Shown here piece after piece: positions 1 through 13,437 of a stretch of DNA of 64,000 nucleotides (the first letter of the stretch is position 1; every line of letters begins with the position of its first letter). Source of the DNA: the human T2T-CHM13v2.0 reference genome, Homo sapiens; the NCBI RefSeq assembly GCF_009914755.1, contig NC_060926.1. One strand, 5' to 3'. A program made the position numbers and the translations under genes. The notes beneath the pieces are model-generated. The model was given only the letters and a program-made list of their open reading frames with translations, made no database searches and was not told the DNA's origin.

Positions 1-19
1 AGGTCTCATTCATTTTTAA

Positions 20-815
20 TAGGCCATTTTTGAACAGTTTCAGGTTAACAGAAAAATTGAGGGCAAAATACAAATAGTTCCCACATAACTCGTCACTACC
101 CTCCAACCCCAGGTTCCCCTATTATTAACAGCTTGCACTAGTGTGGTACATTTGTTAAAATTGATGGACCAATATTGATATAGTATTATTAACTGACTCC
201 CATATTTTACATTATGGTTCCTTCTTGGTGTCGCAGAGTTCTATGTGTTTTGACAGGTATATAATGGCACGAATCAACCATAACAGTAGCACACAAAATC
301 ATTTCACTGCCCTAAAAATGCCCTCTGTTCCACCTATTCATGCTTCCCTTCCCTCCTCCTGAACCCTAGCCATCACTGATCTTTATACTGTCTCCATAGT
401 TTTAAATTCCAGGATATTATATGACTGGAAACACATAGTATGCAACACTTCCAGACTAGCTTCTTCTACTTAGAAATATGCATTTGAGCTTTATTTATTT
501 TTATGACTTGATAGCTTATTTCATATTGCTGAATAATATTCCATTGCCTGCATGGACTGCAGTTTATTTATCCCTTCACCTATTAAATAACATCTTGGTT
601 GTTTCCAAGTTTTGGCAATTTATGGAAAGAGTTGCTATAAATGTTTATATGCAGGTTTTTGTGTGGACCCAAGTTTTCAACTCATTTGGGAAAATACCAA
701 GGAGCAGTATAGCTGGATCATATAGTAAGAATATGTTTAATTGTGTAAGAAACCATCAAACTGCCCAAAGTGGCTGTAACATTTGCTTTCCCACCAAGAA
801 TGAACAAGAGTCCTT
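20..815 (-). mobile_element. Old L1 (L1MC/L1MD-like) 3' UTR and ORF2 end, antisense
   Basis: Matches recalled L1MC-type 3' end ('cagtttcaggttaacagaaaaattga...gtggtacatttgtta...catttcactgccctaaaaat') followed by typical L1 antisense text ('gtttccaagttttggcaattt...gctggatcatatagtaagaatatgtttaa'). ORF 478-885 is its antisense read-through. Confidence 0.8.
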
Positions 816-1424
816 GTCTCATTCACGTTTTGGGATACAATGGCCCATCTTTAAACATATGCTCATATTCTACTCTTCGTTATGATAACTTGTTTTCTCA
901 TCCAGCACTTACGGCAACTTTCTCTGATCCTGTGACACCTGATAAACACCCTTGTACCCCTTCCCACGTAGCATTTAACACATGGCAGTGTAACAATGCT
1001 GCTGCAACCCTAGTGAAGCCAGTCTCAGTTTTCTCTTTATATACCCGAACAATGTATCTAAAACAATGCCTGTAAGTCTTCAATAAATGTGTAATTAGCT
1101 CATAAGTCTATGCATAAATGAACGCATAATAGCCTATGTTTGTTTACCTTCTTACACAGTAATACAGAAGACAAGTCTGTTGCTTCTAGTGATAAAACTA
1201 CAGGACTAGAAGGGCCCTAATGGAATCTGAATAAGACCTAGATCAGATTACCATGGTGAGTGGTGCTACTGTTCTGGAGAAAACATCTGCTGGAGAAAGT
1301 GCACTGCTCACAAGAAAATGGAGAGAGCTTATAAACAGACCTAATGTTTTATTCCCCTTTGTACAGGGTCAAGCATGTATAAGTCACCCTGAGAGCAGTG
1401 AATGAGTGCACTAAACAGAACATT

Positions 1425-1975
1425 AAGCTATGTGACAGGAGAATTGACTCTATTCTTGGCTCTGTCAGTGACTATCTGTCTAACAATGGGCAAAGTCCCT
1501 AGTTGGCTTTATCCTCTGATTCTTCATAGGCAAAATGAGGGTTTTACTGATTAAACTTTAAAAACTTGTGTTTATTTCCTACTACGTGTGTCCCAAATGC
1601 TTGCGCCACAGCAGAACTCAGATGGGCAAAGTCCTTTCTTCGAAAATGCTAACATTCTAGAGACGAGGGAGGTGATAGGGAGAAGCAACAAATAAACTAA
1701 AAAAGCATATGACAATTTGCAAGAAATGACAGGAAGGAATGAAATGAAGCGATGGAATGGAGAGAGGCTCCCCAGGAATTAATATTAAACCAAGTGGTCC
1801 ATCAACCTCTATCATGACATGATGTTGAAACTGAGTCCTGAGTGGCCAGAAAGCCAGCCAGCCTTATGAAGATCTGTTGGGAAAATATCCTACAATGAGG
1901 AACAGCTGGTAAAAGCATATGAGACAGTTGTATCTTCTAAGATCTCTCCAATCTCTTGGGTTCTAGGATTCTATT
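1425..1975. mobile_element. MIR/MIR3 (+, ~1425-1550 and tail ~1925-1975) apparently interrupted by an L2 fragment (-, ~1570-1920)
   Basis: MIR core 'tcttggctctgtcagtgact...gggcaaagtc...caaaatgaggg'; L2-like 'gctaacattctagagacgagggagg'; MIR3-like tail 'cttctaagatctctcc...ttctaggattcta'. Confidence 0.5.
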
Positions 1976-2544
1976 GTTGTTTGAGCACACCCATAGCAGG
2001 TGTGGCATTTCATCACAGAGGTCATCCAAGAAAATTAATACTGCTCCTGGGAGGTTGTATGCATGCCTGTAAGTGGCAAGCATGATTTTTCAACATAATC
2101 TATCTGCCTACCTTTAATAGTTTCTAATAATACTAATACCACCTCTATCTTTACCTCTTCCTTATACAACAGAGTATTTTAAAAGACCATCACTACACAA
2201 TTTGGCACTCTGAATTGTTTTATATTCCAAGGATCATTTAACATTTGTTTTTGAGCTTACTTAAAGATGATTTAAGCAAAGAACTCTTTTGAAGTCATTG
2301 GCATTAGACAAATCAAAATATGACTCAGATGCCAGGAAAATAAATTCATATCTAATTTGCTTAGCTAAAGAGCCTTAATAAGCATTAATCAGTTTTGACG
2401 TTAAATTAGCAGAGCCAACATTCTCGGTGAGTTTTACATATTCATTAATTTACCATATTTATTGTATCCAACTTGATTCTTAGGTAACTGTTATACTCAT
2501 TATTAGATTCAAAATAATAACTTTTTGAATTTATGTAGCCCATA

Positions 2545-2680
2545 GTATTCTTCACATAATTTACCACAACCAACCACATAGCATCTCCATCTTACATATG
2601 AAGAAATTGATACTGAGGAAAACTAAAGAACTTTGCAATGTCCATTATTGGGAGAATCAAGGCTTGGAGGCCAGATCATT
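2545..2680 (-). mobile_element. MIR fragment
   Basis: 'ctccatcttacatatgaagaaattgatact' resembles the antisense MIR core. Confidence 0.55.
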
Positions 2681-5382
2681 CTTCATTAACTTACCCAATT
2701 AACCATTAACTTATTCAATCTTCTGAACTATCCTAGGGCCCCAGAAAGTTTCAGAACAAATCAGGATGTACAGTAGGATCATCCTGACCCTTTGTACTCC
2801 AATATTAGTCTTTTTCAGAGATTCTGTAGGTACCTCCTCAGGCTTTCTACATGGTCTTTGGTAAATGGAAGCAGTGCTGAGAGTTTTAGACATTGAGTAC
2901 AGTAGAGAAAGAATAGATATTGAGCTGTCCCTAGTCAATAATCATATTATATCTACTTATACTTGTAATTCTAATTAGAATGATACCAGATAGGCTCCTT
3001 TGGGAATGTGAAATTCAGAGACATGAAGGTCTCAACTAACTGGATGAAACCTTTCAATTACCTTGTTTTTAAGCTGATAAAGCAGCCAGAACATCCATCA
3101 AAATAATTTATACTTCTCTCCCAAGTCCATAGTGCTCAGGATTGAAGCATATGAAAGAGGTGAGGAAGAGGAGAAGTTCAAGTCAGAAAAGCATTTTGCA
3201 GCAACCATCTGGCCATTTTAACCCCGTCTGCAGTACATTTACATGAAAGTCAGCTGAAGTTAAGCAAAAGCCAACAGAAAATCATCTGCACTTACAAAAA
3301 TGAAAGACTCTTACTGGGAATTTTTTAAGCTTCCAAGAATGACTTTAGCCAAAATGAATGCAGTCAGTATTTCAGTTTAGGAAAAAAAAAAAGGTGCTAG
3401 TGAATTAATAACTGCTGCCTTTCCTTTTAGCAGCTGTTCAAAAGCACAATGTTTGGATTGTCGCAATTCCTCAGATTTGAATATGTTGGATTCTTTTTAT
3501 TATCTGTAATCATAAGGAATTCCTTCTAGAAATTCCAAGAAAATGGGAAACATGATGAGAAACCAACATTATTTCCCAGTCCTCTGGCGTGTTAAATATT
3601 TGCTTCCATATAGCGTTTCCAAATGCTTGCTTTTCACTTGGGCTTCCCACCTGCCAAAGTCTTGTCAAGAGAAGTCTCAGCACACTTGCTGTTCATCTGC
3701 TCTATGTGCCCTGCAGACTTCTTTAATTGAAGTGCAGTTTGCACACTTTGGAAAAACTCCACCTGGACCAAACCTTTGCAGGAAAAATTGAGGACTAGCC
3801 TCCCCAGAAAGTCATAGGCTTCATTTCACTGGCAGGTTCAGCAGAAAGTGCTGCCAACGAGGAAGGACATACTGCCTGTGAATCCTGTATCTTCATGTGA
3901 GTCAGCTTTCAATCAGTTGTAAGAAACATATACCTGTTTAAGCAGATTAGAATAGTATCTTAGCCATCTTTATGTCTATGTGTATCTATGCTTATCCATA
4001 CCTATAAACAATATCCATGTATAATAAAATCACACCAAAAAGAAAGCTAGGAGGAAAAGAATCCATAATTCTAAAAAACTACTGGTAATATTTAAATGTC
4101 TTATTGACTTAGATTAAAATTTTCTTAAAAGGCAAATTATGCAGAATATCATCACCTAAAGAAAATTCCCTCTTGATGCTTTGCCTGTTAATTGTTCTTA
4201 CCTTTTTTCTTCTTGTTATAACTGTTTGGCTAGAAACAATTGAGAAAGCTAAAACATCTGAACTGTTTTTTCATTTGTTTAGCAATTAAACTTCCTCTGT
4301 GTGATGTATGTTTACTTAAAGTATCTCCAACTAGTTATTTACAATACATTTTTTAATAGTTGAGACTTTAATTGTACATTGAGGATTAGTTGGATTATTC
4401 TCAGACCTCTACTAAAAATACATGAGAACAGTGAGCAGTTTATTCATAACTTGTTACTTTGCTTGTTACTTTGGTCCATCAATGATACTATCATTTTCTC
4501 CCTTCATACTTTTAATATGTCTGATTCATAATTCAATTCACAGCCCAGTTTGCTCATGTTTTATAAAGTACCCTACAACGATTTTAAGTTAAATACAGTG
4601 CATCCACCTGCTAAATTTGGAACAGAAAAAGATGGGAGGGTTCTCAGAAAAGCTGCATTAAAACTGCAGGCAGATTTTGTAATTTTCCATTCATTATCCC
4701 TGGAAAGAATTTACAATATTACTCTTCTTCTGTGTGCGAATACACAATATTATACAATCTTGCTTAATTATGAGAAATTAAAATTAAAAACCTAGAATAT
4801 TTCCAATGGGGAAAATATTCTCCATCACTATTCCTATAACAACAAATCTGTGTCACTTCTATGTGTATTAAGACATCAGAAGTAGATAATAACACATTGT
4901 CACATACAACTGTTGTCTGAAATATTTTTTTTTTTTTTGGATGGCGGTGTGTCAGTAAATCTGCTTGGCATCTGATAATGACTAACTCATGATAAAGGAG
5001 TCTGACAAATCAAATCCCGCTTTTCTCCCAACCTGAAGATGTGAGTTCAGACCAGAGAATGGCTGGGTTCATGCTAAGCTATTACACCTGAAGAAGACAC
5101 GCTAAATCATCTCATTTCTAAAGGGATAGTCCTTTGCAGCCTATACATTCAGGTTAGCCCTTAAAATGCACTGGGGCTCTTGCTTCTCTAAATTGGGGTT
5201 TTCATGAAACACTTCTCCTTACAACCTATCCTAATTTCAGCAAACCTGAACCAGCCTTGTCTGGGCGATCACAGTTGAGGCCTGGTCCACCAAGATGTTT
5301 GATCACTGCTTTAGCTTTGCTGTCCAACTTCCATCTGTTAAGAGGAAAATTCCCAGGGTTTGCACAGAGACTTAATAACTAT

Positions 5383-5921
5383 TGAACAAGATAGCCTTAA
5401 CATTTCTATCACCTTGACTCAACTTAAGACAGATTTCTTCCTGGTTATAGGTCCCTGACCTCTCTTTTCTTACAGCATTTATTTTAGGAAACTTTCCACT
5501 GTAAATTCTTCCTCTGCCGCATTCAGATATAAATCCTCTCCCAGCCTCTTGCCAGTTTTACAACCTAGGAAGGTCTTTCTCGGGGAGCTGGGAGCCATCC
5601 CTTTGAAATGTAGTCATCAAAGGAGATAGTGCTATATTTCTTAGCCTCTCTAAGAGAGTAAAACCTAATTTTAATAATGGACAATTAGCCAACACAGAAA
5701 TTAGCCAACACAGATAGCCTAATTACATCAACCAGCCTACTCCTAAGGTCCTCCAATCCTTTCCCATTAGCTCAGCCCAGCATTTAAAAATATTCTTGCC
5801 TTTTGTTTTAGAGGAGTTAAGTTCAATCTCTCTCTCCTACTGCAATATTCTTGAATGATATGTTTCTTGCCTATACCCTACTCAATTTTTTCCTATACCC
5901 TACTCAATTTTTTTCTCAACA
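5383..5921 (+). mobile_element. Solo ERV1 LTR (MER67-like)
   Basis: TG...CA ends; 'gccagttttacaacctaggaaggtctttctc...gggagccatccctttgaaatgtagtcatcaa' and 'gttcaatctctctctcctactgcaata' match the recalled MER67-type consensus. No clear TSD. Confidence 0.7.
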
Positions 5922-8900
5922 AGAACAAGACAGATGCTCAAATCTAATTACTAACAAATAGTCACTCAGTGTACGAACAGGCTTAAAAAGAAAAAAAAGA
6001 AAGAAACTTTTATTCTACAAAATGAAAATGTCCTAGCTACTGCTGAAACTCATTTTCTGAGAGTTGAATTTTTTTAAATTGAAAACCATCTATATTTTTA
6101 GGGCTTTAGGATGAGCATGTCCCCTCTTTACGGTTCCAACATCTTTAACTCAAATGCATCCACAGGAAGTAATCCCAGAATTTCCTTTTTGATATATTGG
6201 GTCTGAGTCCTACTTGCTTCCAAGTTTGTGCTACCCCTCCTCCCCGCCCATACTCTCCCTCAGGATACTGTTCTATCCCTGAGTTCTTAATGAATAATTC
6301 TGATTGATGCTCACTGAGTTACGAGGGTACCAGTGAGAAAGAAGTCTGAATGAAGATATGAGAAAATAATTTGTCCATTATCTTTTTAATGATTCCCTCG
6401 TGGTGCCAATTCCCTCCAGTCCTGTAAAACCAGGCGGCAAAGATGAAAGCATATTCCTGCTGATGAGGTCTACTGTGATATGCAGAATGAATCTCATTGT
6501 GGCTGATGGCAAAAGGTTAACAAGGAAATGATTAACTCACATACAAAAGCTCCTTCCTCTTCCTGCGCCTTCCAAGTCTTCAACACAAAAGGAAAAGAAT
6601 ACGCCAGGAAAGAAGAAACCATTTATGACTTTTTTCATGTGTGAAAATTCTGATATTTTGCTTTAATTTATTAGTGCCATGTTCTGTTTTATTTTTATGA
6701 ACTTGTAAAGTCAACTAAATTAGGAGCAAAAAAAATGTGTAACTAAGGTAACAGCATCCATAGATCAAGACAATGAAAAGTAGCAGCAATAAATTTAAAA
6801 AAATCAAAAATGCTCTAGAAGTATTTTCCTATAAAATATGACATGCACAAAACTTTGAGTTAATGTTAGTTTTATTCTCTATGAGCTCTCAAAATCTCAC
6901 TTATAAGACTTGCCCTTGAATAATGAATTATGTGCTTATTGCATACACCTCTCTACTATTTTATATCATGTTGTGTATGTGTGCAATATACACGTGATCT
7001 AAATGTAGGTGAAAGATGAATAAAATACTCCCTAGTGCCTAAAAGAAAGAACTGATATTGATTAAAATTTGTTTCTGTAGCACAAGAGAAATTTCATACA
7101 AGTCAAATTGTTCAGTATTCAATCTACTTAAATAGTTAAACACAAAAATAATGACTTATATAACTTACAGCGGAAAAGGGTAGTTTGTATTTAATTTTCA
7201 GAAGCAATTATTTCATTAAAAAGAACTGTCTTCATCAGAGGTGTTAGCATCTGAAAGGTCTAAAACCTCAAGTGTCTTCAGAACTAGGCAAAAATGTAAC
7301 ATACATGAGTAAAGCCATATAATTCAACACAAAGTATGAGTCAATAAGGAGTATTATTCAGTTGGAATCTGGAAGAGCGTGCCTCTCCCAAGACCTTCAA
7401 ATTCATTTTTAAAACCCTCTACTGGCCTTCACAACAAGTCTGCTGCCTAGATAGGTGTATCTATCTTTAAGTACGCAATCTCTGAAGTATTGGGTGACCC
7501 TGTTTTCTCAACACAAAATTTAATATTTGTATAACTTCAACACACTTAGGATATAAAATCCTTCTTACTTGTAATATTCCTAAGTCAGGTTAATGAGTTG
7601 TATTTGAAGTTGTAATTAGTTTGCAAAAAGAAGTATAAACAAAAAGAACATTAATTATTTTAATAATTATCTTTGCCACTTTTTTCACCCTTTCCTATTC
7701 TTGCAGGACATACCTGGACATTCATACCAATCCCTATGTATTTCTCTTCTCCTATTATTTCTGAATTATTTTATATGAATGTATTATCTGGGGTATAATT
7801 ACCACATAATTTCTTAACAAATTCATACAGGATATTTTAGAAATAGATTTCACTTCCAAGTCCTGTCGTTGGAAATGTTTGATATTAGATGATTTGTTTG
7901 ATCTTCGGTATGTTCCAGAAATTTTCACCCAAGTTCAAATCATTATTTGTGAAAGTACTCTAAGCACTGGGACTTCAAAATGGAAAGGAAACAAGCCTAA
8001 TGAGTCCTTTTGGGGTTTATAGAAGCATTCAAAAACTTGGAAGGAACAAGAGGCAGTAAACTGATGGATGGTCCCTGTATACGGAGGCATACAACAAACA
8101 CATGAGTTATTCACAAGTGTGCTTCCTTTAGAATCTGTAGCAGGTTTTCAATAACTATTTAAATTATATCTCATGAACTTTAGAAAGTACTCCAGGAATA
8201 GTAATTAATAAATATCAACATTATATATAAATTGCATTTTTAGAAAAGTAGATATCTTGCAGTGCCCCTGAAAATAAAAACTGATTAAATTACAAATCTT
8301 AAATCTAATTCTAGTACAGATTTTGCTCTCACTAAAACTAGTTTTTCTCTTATGAGAGAATACTGTACATATTTTGCCATGTGCCAACCACTATGCCCCA
8401 GAGCAGTTATCTCAGACCCACCCCCAAAGCTCTCCTGAACAAGAATTAAATTAAGTCTAAAAGTCTCTGAGTAGTAGATATCAGGGAACCGCAGCAATGT
8501 TCCTAGTGAATAGACAGCTCAATGAAAAGCAGCTACTATTTTCACAACATGTCTTGATCAGTTTAGGACTTCAGGTCCTACAGCCCAGATTCATACCCAT
8601 CTGGCAGTGCTGAGAGACACTTAAATATCAGATGTGCAGGCGAGCTAACATAACCACATGGGAACCAGGCAGTCACTCACTCCCGTTTTCTACCACTCAC
8701 CAAGTGCCACATATTTCCCAATTTCGCTGTCCAAAACACAGGAAGAACAGCGAGGAGAAAGATGAGATGGTAATGTAAGAAAAGCTAATAAAAGAACCAA
8801 ATGACTCACAAGCAATCTGGAAAGCAGCGTTTAGGCCTATTGCGCCGTGGCATCACTACTCCGGAGAGAAAAAGGCCTTTATCTTTCCCTAAACTGAAAC

Positions 8901-9724
8901 AGCTTAAATTAGGTTTCTGTCCCTGAAAGCATGCAGACATTACCACAAAATGCCCCTTATCGGTCTTTAGAAGGTAAAGGCAGTAGGTTAATATGTATTT
9001 ATCTTTTTTTAGTAAAACTAATGTATTATGCCAGTAGTCCCAGGTATAAAATTTTATTTACAGCTAGGGTAATAGCTTGAATCCACAATTTGAAATATGA
9101 AATATTCATCTTTTGTATTTTATGATAACATACACACACTTAAGAGAAACAGATATTGCTTTCATTTCGTACTGTTTGTGGATGTGACATTTGGCAGGAG
9201 TTCTTCAGCATTTACTTTAACCAGTATGGGTTGTTGACAGGGTGGGAAGATTTAAAAGAAAGGCCCCTTTCCTTGAAATTCTACATTAAAAGATTTGATA
9301 TAGTTCTGAAGTTTCTTTATCTGTAATTCTCCTATATAAGTGTAAAACCACACACAGTGCAAAACCTTGCAGCCATTCAGTAAAGATACACACGTTTACT
9401 AGAGTAATCTTGAACTACTCGCCATATAATTACTAACTCAATCTGAAAACTTAAAAATTGGATTTAAATGTTTTGTCAACAGAATTGTAGACTTCTCTGG
9501 GACAACTGAATTTATTTTCCACTACTCAGTTACTTAAAATCAAGGCAAAATATTTCCTACTCATCTAAAGTGTTTTCCAACTTTTGATACATGTACATCA
9601 AAGATATTAGAGAAAAATCTTAAAACACAAATAGTCCTACAAATTTGAACCCCACACATATACTTTCTATAAAAAATGAAACACCCTTCCTTCCTTCCTT
9701 TTTTTCTTTCTTTCTTCTTTTCTT

Positions 9725-9840
9725 TCAAAAAATATTTGTTAAGCTTCTGTATGTGCCAGACACTGTTCCAGGTACCTGAAAGACATTAGCAAACAAAACA
9801 ATGGCTTCCAGCCCTTGGGGAGCTGACAATCCTGTCAGTA
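9725..9840 (-). mobile_element. L2 3' end
   Basis: 'aaatatttgttaagcttctgtatgtgccagacactgttccaggt...ggagctgacaatc', preceded by a TTCC/TTTC tract. Confidence 0.75.
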
Positions 9841-9864
9841 AACAGACACCCCACGAATATCTGC

Positions 9865-10035
9865 CCTGTGACCTTGAGTATTTCACTTCTCTGTGCTTCA
9901 GTTTTCTCATCTGCAAAATGGGTTTATTACTAATGTCTATCCCTGAGGGTTTCAGTGAGTATTAAATAAGTTAGCATGTAAGAAGTGCCTTGAACAGAGT
10001 AAGTCATATATAAACTTAATTTTATGATTATTATT
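9865..10035 (+). mobile_element. MIR
   Basis: 'ctgtgaccttgag...ctctgtgcttcagttttctcatctgcaaaatggg' MIR core. Confidence 0.85.
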
Positions 10036-10147
10036 CTTTCCAGCTTGTGCCAAGTGTAAATATACAGAAAGAAAAAATATTTGGTCGAGCCATATGAACT
10101 TGACATTTTTGTAGGTAATGGTATACGGTTCAACTTATAATTGAAGA

Positions 10148-10360
10148 TAATGGTTCTGATCTCTGGCTACACATCAGAATTACCAGAGGAAACTTTTAAA
10201 ACTACCAGTGCCAAATTCCTTACCCGACTCCACGCAACACACACAGACAAAGATCTATTAAGTCACAATCTTTGTGAGTGAGATTCTGGGTATTATTTTT
10301 AATAAAAAGAAAGAAGAAAAGTTACCAAGTGATTCCAATGGGTAGCAAAAGAAGAATCAT
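10148..10360. mobile_element. MER5A/B (hAT-Charlie MITE)
   Basis: 'tggttctgatctctggctacacatcagaattacc...aagtgattccaatg'. Confidence 0.65.
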
Positions 10361-11094
10361 ACTTGTTTAGTTAAACATCATATTTCACAGGAAATAATAA
10401 GAAAATCAGGAAAATCAGGACAGGGTGGTGTAAAGAAAAGCAGAGGGAAAGAGGAAAAAGTAGTCAGTGATACTAAATGCTCCGAAGAAGTCATAAAACA
10501 GCAAAACTGCTGTATAATACTTGGGGAGGCATATTCACGTGGGTGTGCCCCAAATTAATTGTTTTCATGGGAAGATGTAGCTACCTTGTTTTTTGCCCCT
10601 GTTCCATTTCTAACTGACACTCAGCTGTGGTCCAGAACACCAGATTTAGGAAGCTCAATTGAAAGAAAAGTTCATGGTGAACAAAAGAAAACATTTTTCA
10701 TTAACTTTCTCCTGTCACTGCAGCAGAGTACCAGTTCACAGATTCAAACTTTAAAGAAAAAGTTTTATAAAGAAATAAAATATATATAAGTCTCTACTAG
10801 GATTTATCTGTGTACCGTATCTGGAAGCACAAAATAGGAAGAAAGTCTATTTTTAAAATTCTACCTTTCAGAAACAAAATAATTGTGCTGTCATCTAAAA
10901 GTTATCTTATGGCAAGAACATCGGCATCTACCAGTCCAAAAGAAATATTTTTAAGTAGCTACTTTAAAGCATGTGAAGTTACTTATTAGTACTGTAGTTT
11001 TCATAGTATGATGCATTACTATTGTAAGAAAACCTTTATAATGCAAACATTTCATTATCAAAAATAGAGAATCTTTATTTGAGTCATGTGATGG

Positions 11095-12258
11095 GTGATT
11101 CCAACTGGGAGAATGTTGTCAAGCTATGTCATAAACTACAGTCCCAATCTTGTACTCATCAACATTTTTAAGATGAAGTTATCATTTTAAAAGCTTATAA
11201 AATCTGTGAATAATGAGAAAAGCTTGGGAGGAACAGAGTTTATATGATGGAATAAAGATCCAAAAAGATGTTGACAGGTGTGAATAATATGAATATTTTA
11301 TTTCATCTAAGAGGATGAAATAAAATAATAAAATTATTGTTCACCTGACCTCTTTGGTTGAACTAAAAGCCTGTTCTCTATGCTCCCGTAGGAATTTGTG
11401 CATATCTGAATCTCAGACACCATTTTTAAATACAATATCATGTGATAAAGCCCTACAATATTTTAGAATTATAAATTTATCTATTTCCTCAAAACAATGT
11501 ATGTCTATTCACCTTTATACCATATGTACTCTAAGAGAATGCCTAGCAAATTGATAACTTTCTGCTAAGCTGAACGGAAATATAACTTCATATACAGCAA
11601 CAACATTTTAAATCAAATAGGGAGATAGCATGAGTGAATCAGAGACTGTAAAATGGACATGAGTAGGGGTATGATAGCTACTTTTAAAGATTTGAGTGAT
11701 TATCATTAGATGTGAACATAGACCTGTTCTTTGTGATTCCAAGCTAATAGAATTACTCAAGTAACAGTATTAGTAGTATTATTAGTAATTATTCACACAG
11801 AATTAGTGGTATTTACAAAGACACACAAACCTTATGTCAAGAGAAGTAAAATCCCTAAAAATAGAAGTGATGGAAGTTTCTTTTTCTTTTTTAGTTTCAT
11901 AGCCCTAATGTCTTCAAATATACATTGGTGGCCATTTACTATGGAAGAGAATTATTGATCATAATTTATTTGATAAGATTCTCTACGTTTTGGGTATAGT
12001 GCTATGCTCTAAGAACACAGGGCCCATAGTACAGTGTTGTGCTCAAAACACTTATTACTTAAGGAGAGATATAAAGAAGTAAATAGGCCATAATAATCAT
12101 CTTGCCATAAATGCTACAGTGTGGAAAAATGAGAGCACATAGAAAAGATAACTTCCTCTTGGGAGATCAGAGAAAAATTCTTTTTCCTGACTCTACAATT
12201 TGGAAAATTGGGTTAGATAGTCTTCAATTTTCTTGAAACCCTAAATTACTATGATTCT
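11095..12258 (+). mobile_element. CR1/L3 LINE fragments (RT region ~11095-11335, 11660-11760, tail ~12205-12258) interleaved with L2 pieces
   Basis: 'gaataaagatccaaaaagatgttgacagg' encodes IKIQKDVDR, resembling CR1 RT IQxDLDRL; 'tgatagctacttttaaagatttgag...gacctgttctttgtgattcc' is typical of L3. Confidence 0.55.
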
Positions 12259-12769
12259 GTGGTTTGTCTAGTCTCCACACACCAACCCTGAGAATATTAT
12301 GCACCAAGAAAATTGGACTACTTAATGTTGAAAGTCAGTTGAAAGGTTTGAAGATGTTTTCCCTGAATAATAGTCCTTCATGAAACATGTATATTACTTT
12401 GTCCCCTGCCTATTTTTATTATATATACATACATATACATGAGAAATTTGGCAATTTCTATTGCCTTTAATTATGTTGATTGGCATGTGACAGACAATAT
12501 TCTGAGGATAGAATAACTTTTTGCTTTCATTCTTTCACAAAATGTTACCTTTGAAAACAGCAAAGTTAGGATTTCACAATTATGTTAAACTCAAGCTACA
12601 AATCATATTACAAAAACAAATAACTCAACAAAGGTGACAATTTAACAAAAATTCTTTTCATACATGAGAAGCAATGGCGATAAAAAATACATCATGTATA
12701 TATACAAACTCTATTTACTGTTCTTGGACATTTTTGTTGTTGGTGGTAGTCATTTGTTTTTTACTTTCT

Positions 12770-13437
12770 CTTTTCTTTTTTTTAACAGTTTTATTGAGGT
12801 ATGATTTGTATACAAAAATAATTGCACAAATTTAATGTATGCAATTTGATGAGTTTTTATATGCATACACCTATAAAATCACCCCCACAAAGTACTAGAC
12901 ACATTAACTACATTTCAGTGTTTCCGTGTGCCTCTGTTTTTATTTTTTGATAGTTTTGTTGTGTCTATGTTTCGAACACAACATGAAATCTACCCTCTTG
13001 ACAAATTTTTATATGTCTAATACTGTATTGTTAACTATGAGCATTATGTTGTGCAGCAGATCTCTAGAACTTATTCATCTTGCATAATGGAAACTCTGTA
13101 CCCATGGAACAGCTCAGCCCCTATCAATCACCGTTTTATTTTCTGATTTTTTAAGACTGAACATTTTAGATATTCCAATATGAATGAAATCATGCAGTAT
13201 TTGTCTCCATGTGACTGGCTTATTTCACTTAGTATGATGTCCTCCAGGTGCATCCATTTTGCTGCAAATGGCAGGATTTCCTTTTTCTTAAAAGCTAAAT
13301 AATATTCAATTATATGTACATACCACATTTTCTTTCTCCAGTCATCTGTTGATGGAGTTTTGGGTTGCTTTAATACCTTGGCAATTGTGAATAATGTTGC
13401 AATGAACATGGGAGTGCAAATATCTCTTTCAGATCCT
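12770..13437 (-). mobile_element. L1MA9/L1MA10-like 3' end
   Basis: ORF 13128-13409 (MFIATLFTIAK...WMHLEDIILSEISQ) is the ORF2 C-terminus; 3' UTR 'gcagatctctagaacttattcatcttgcataa'; T-rich tail at ~12770. Confidence 0.9.

Noticed and set aside
478-1083. 135- and 101-aa ORFs
   Set aside because: Antisense read-through of an old L1 and its flank; no recognisable protein.
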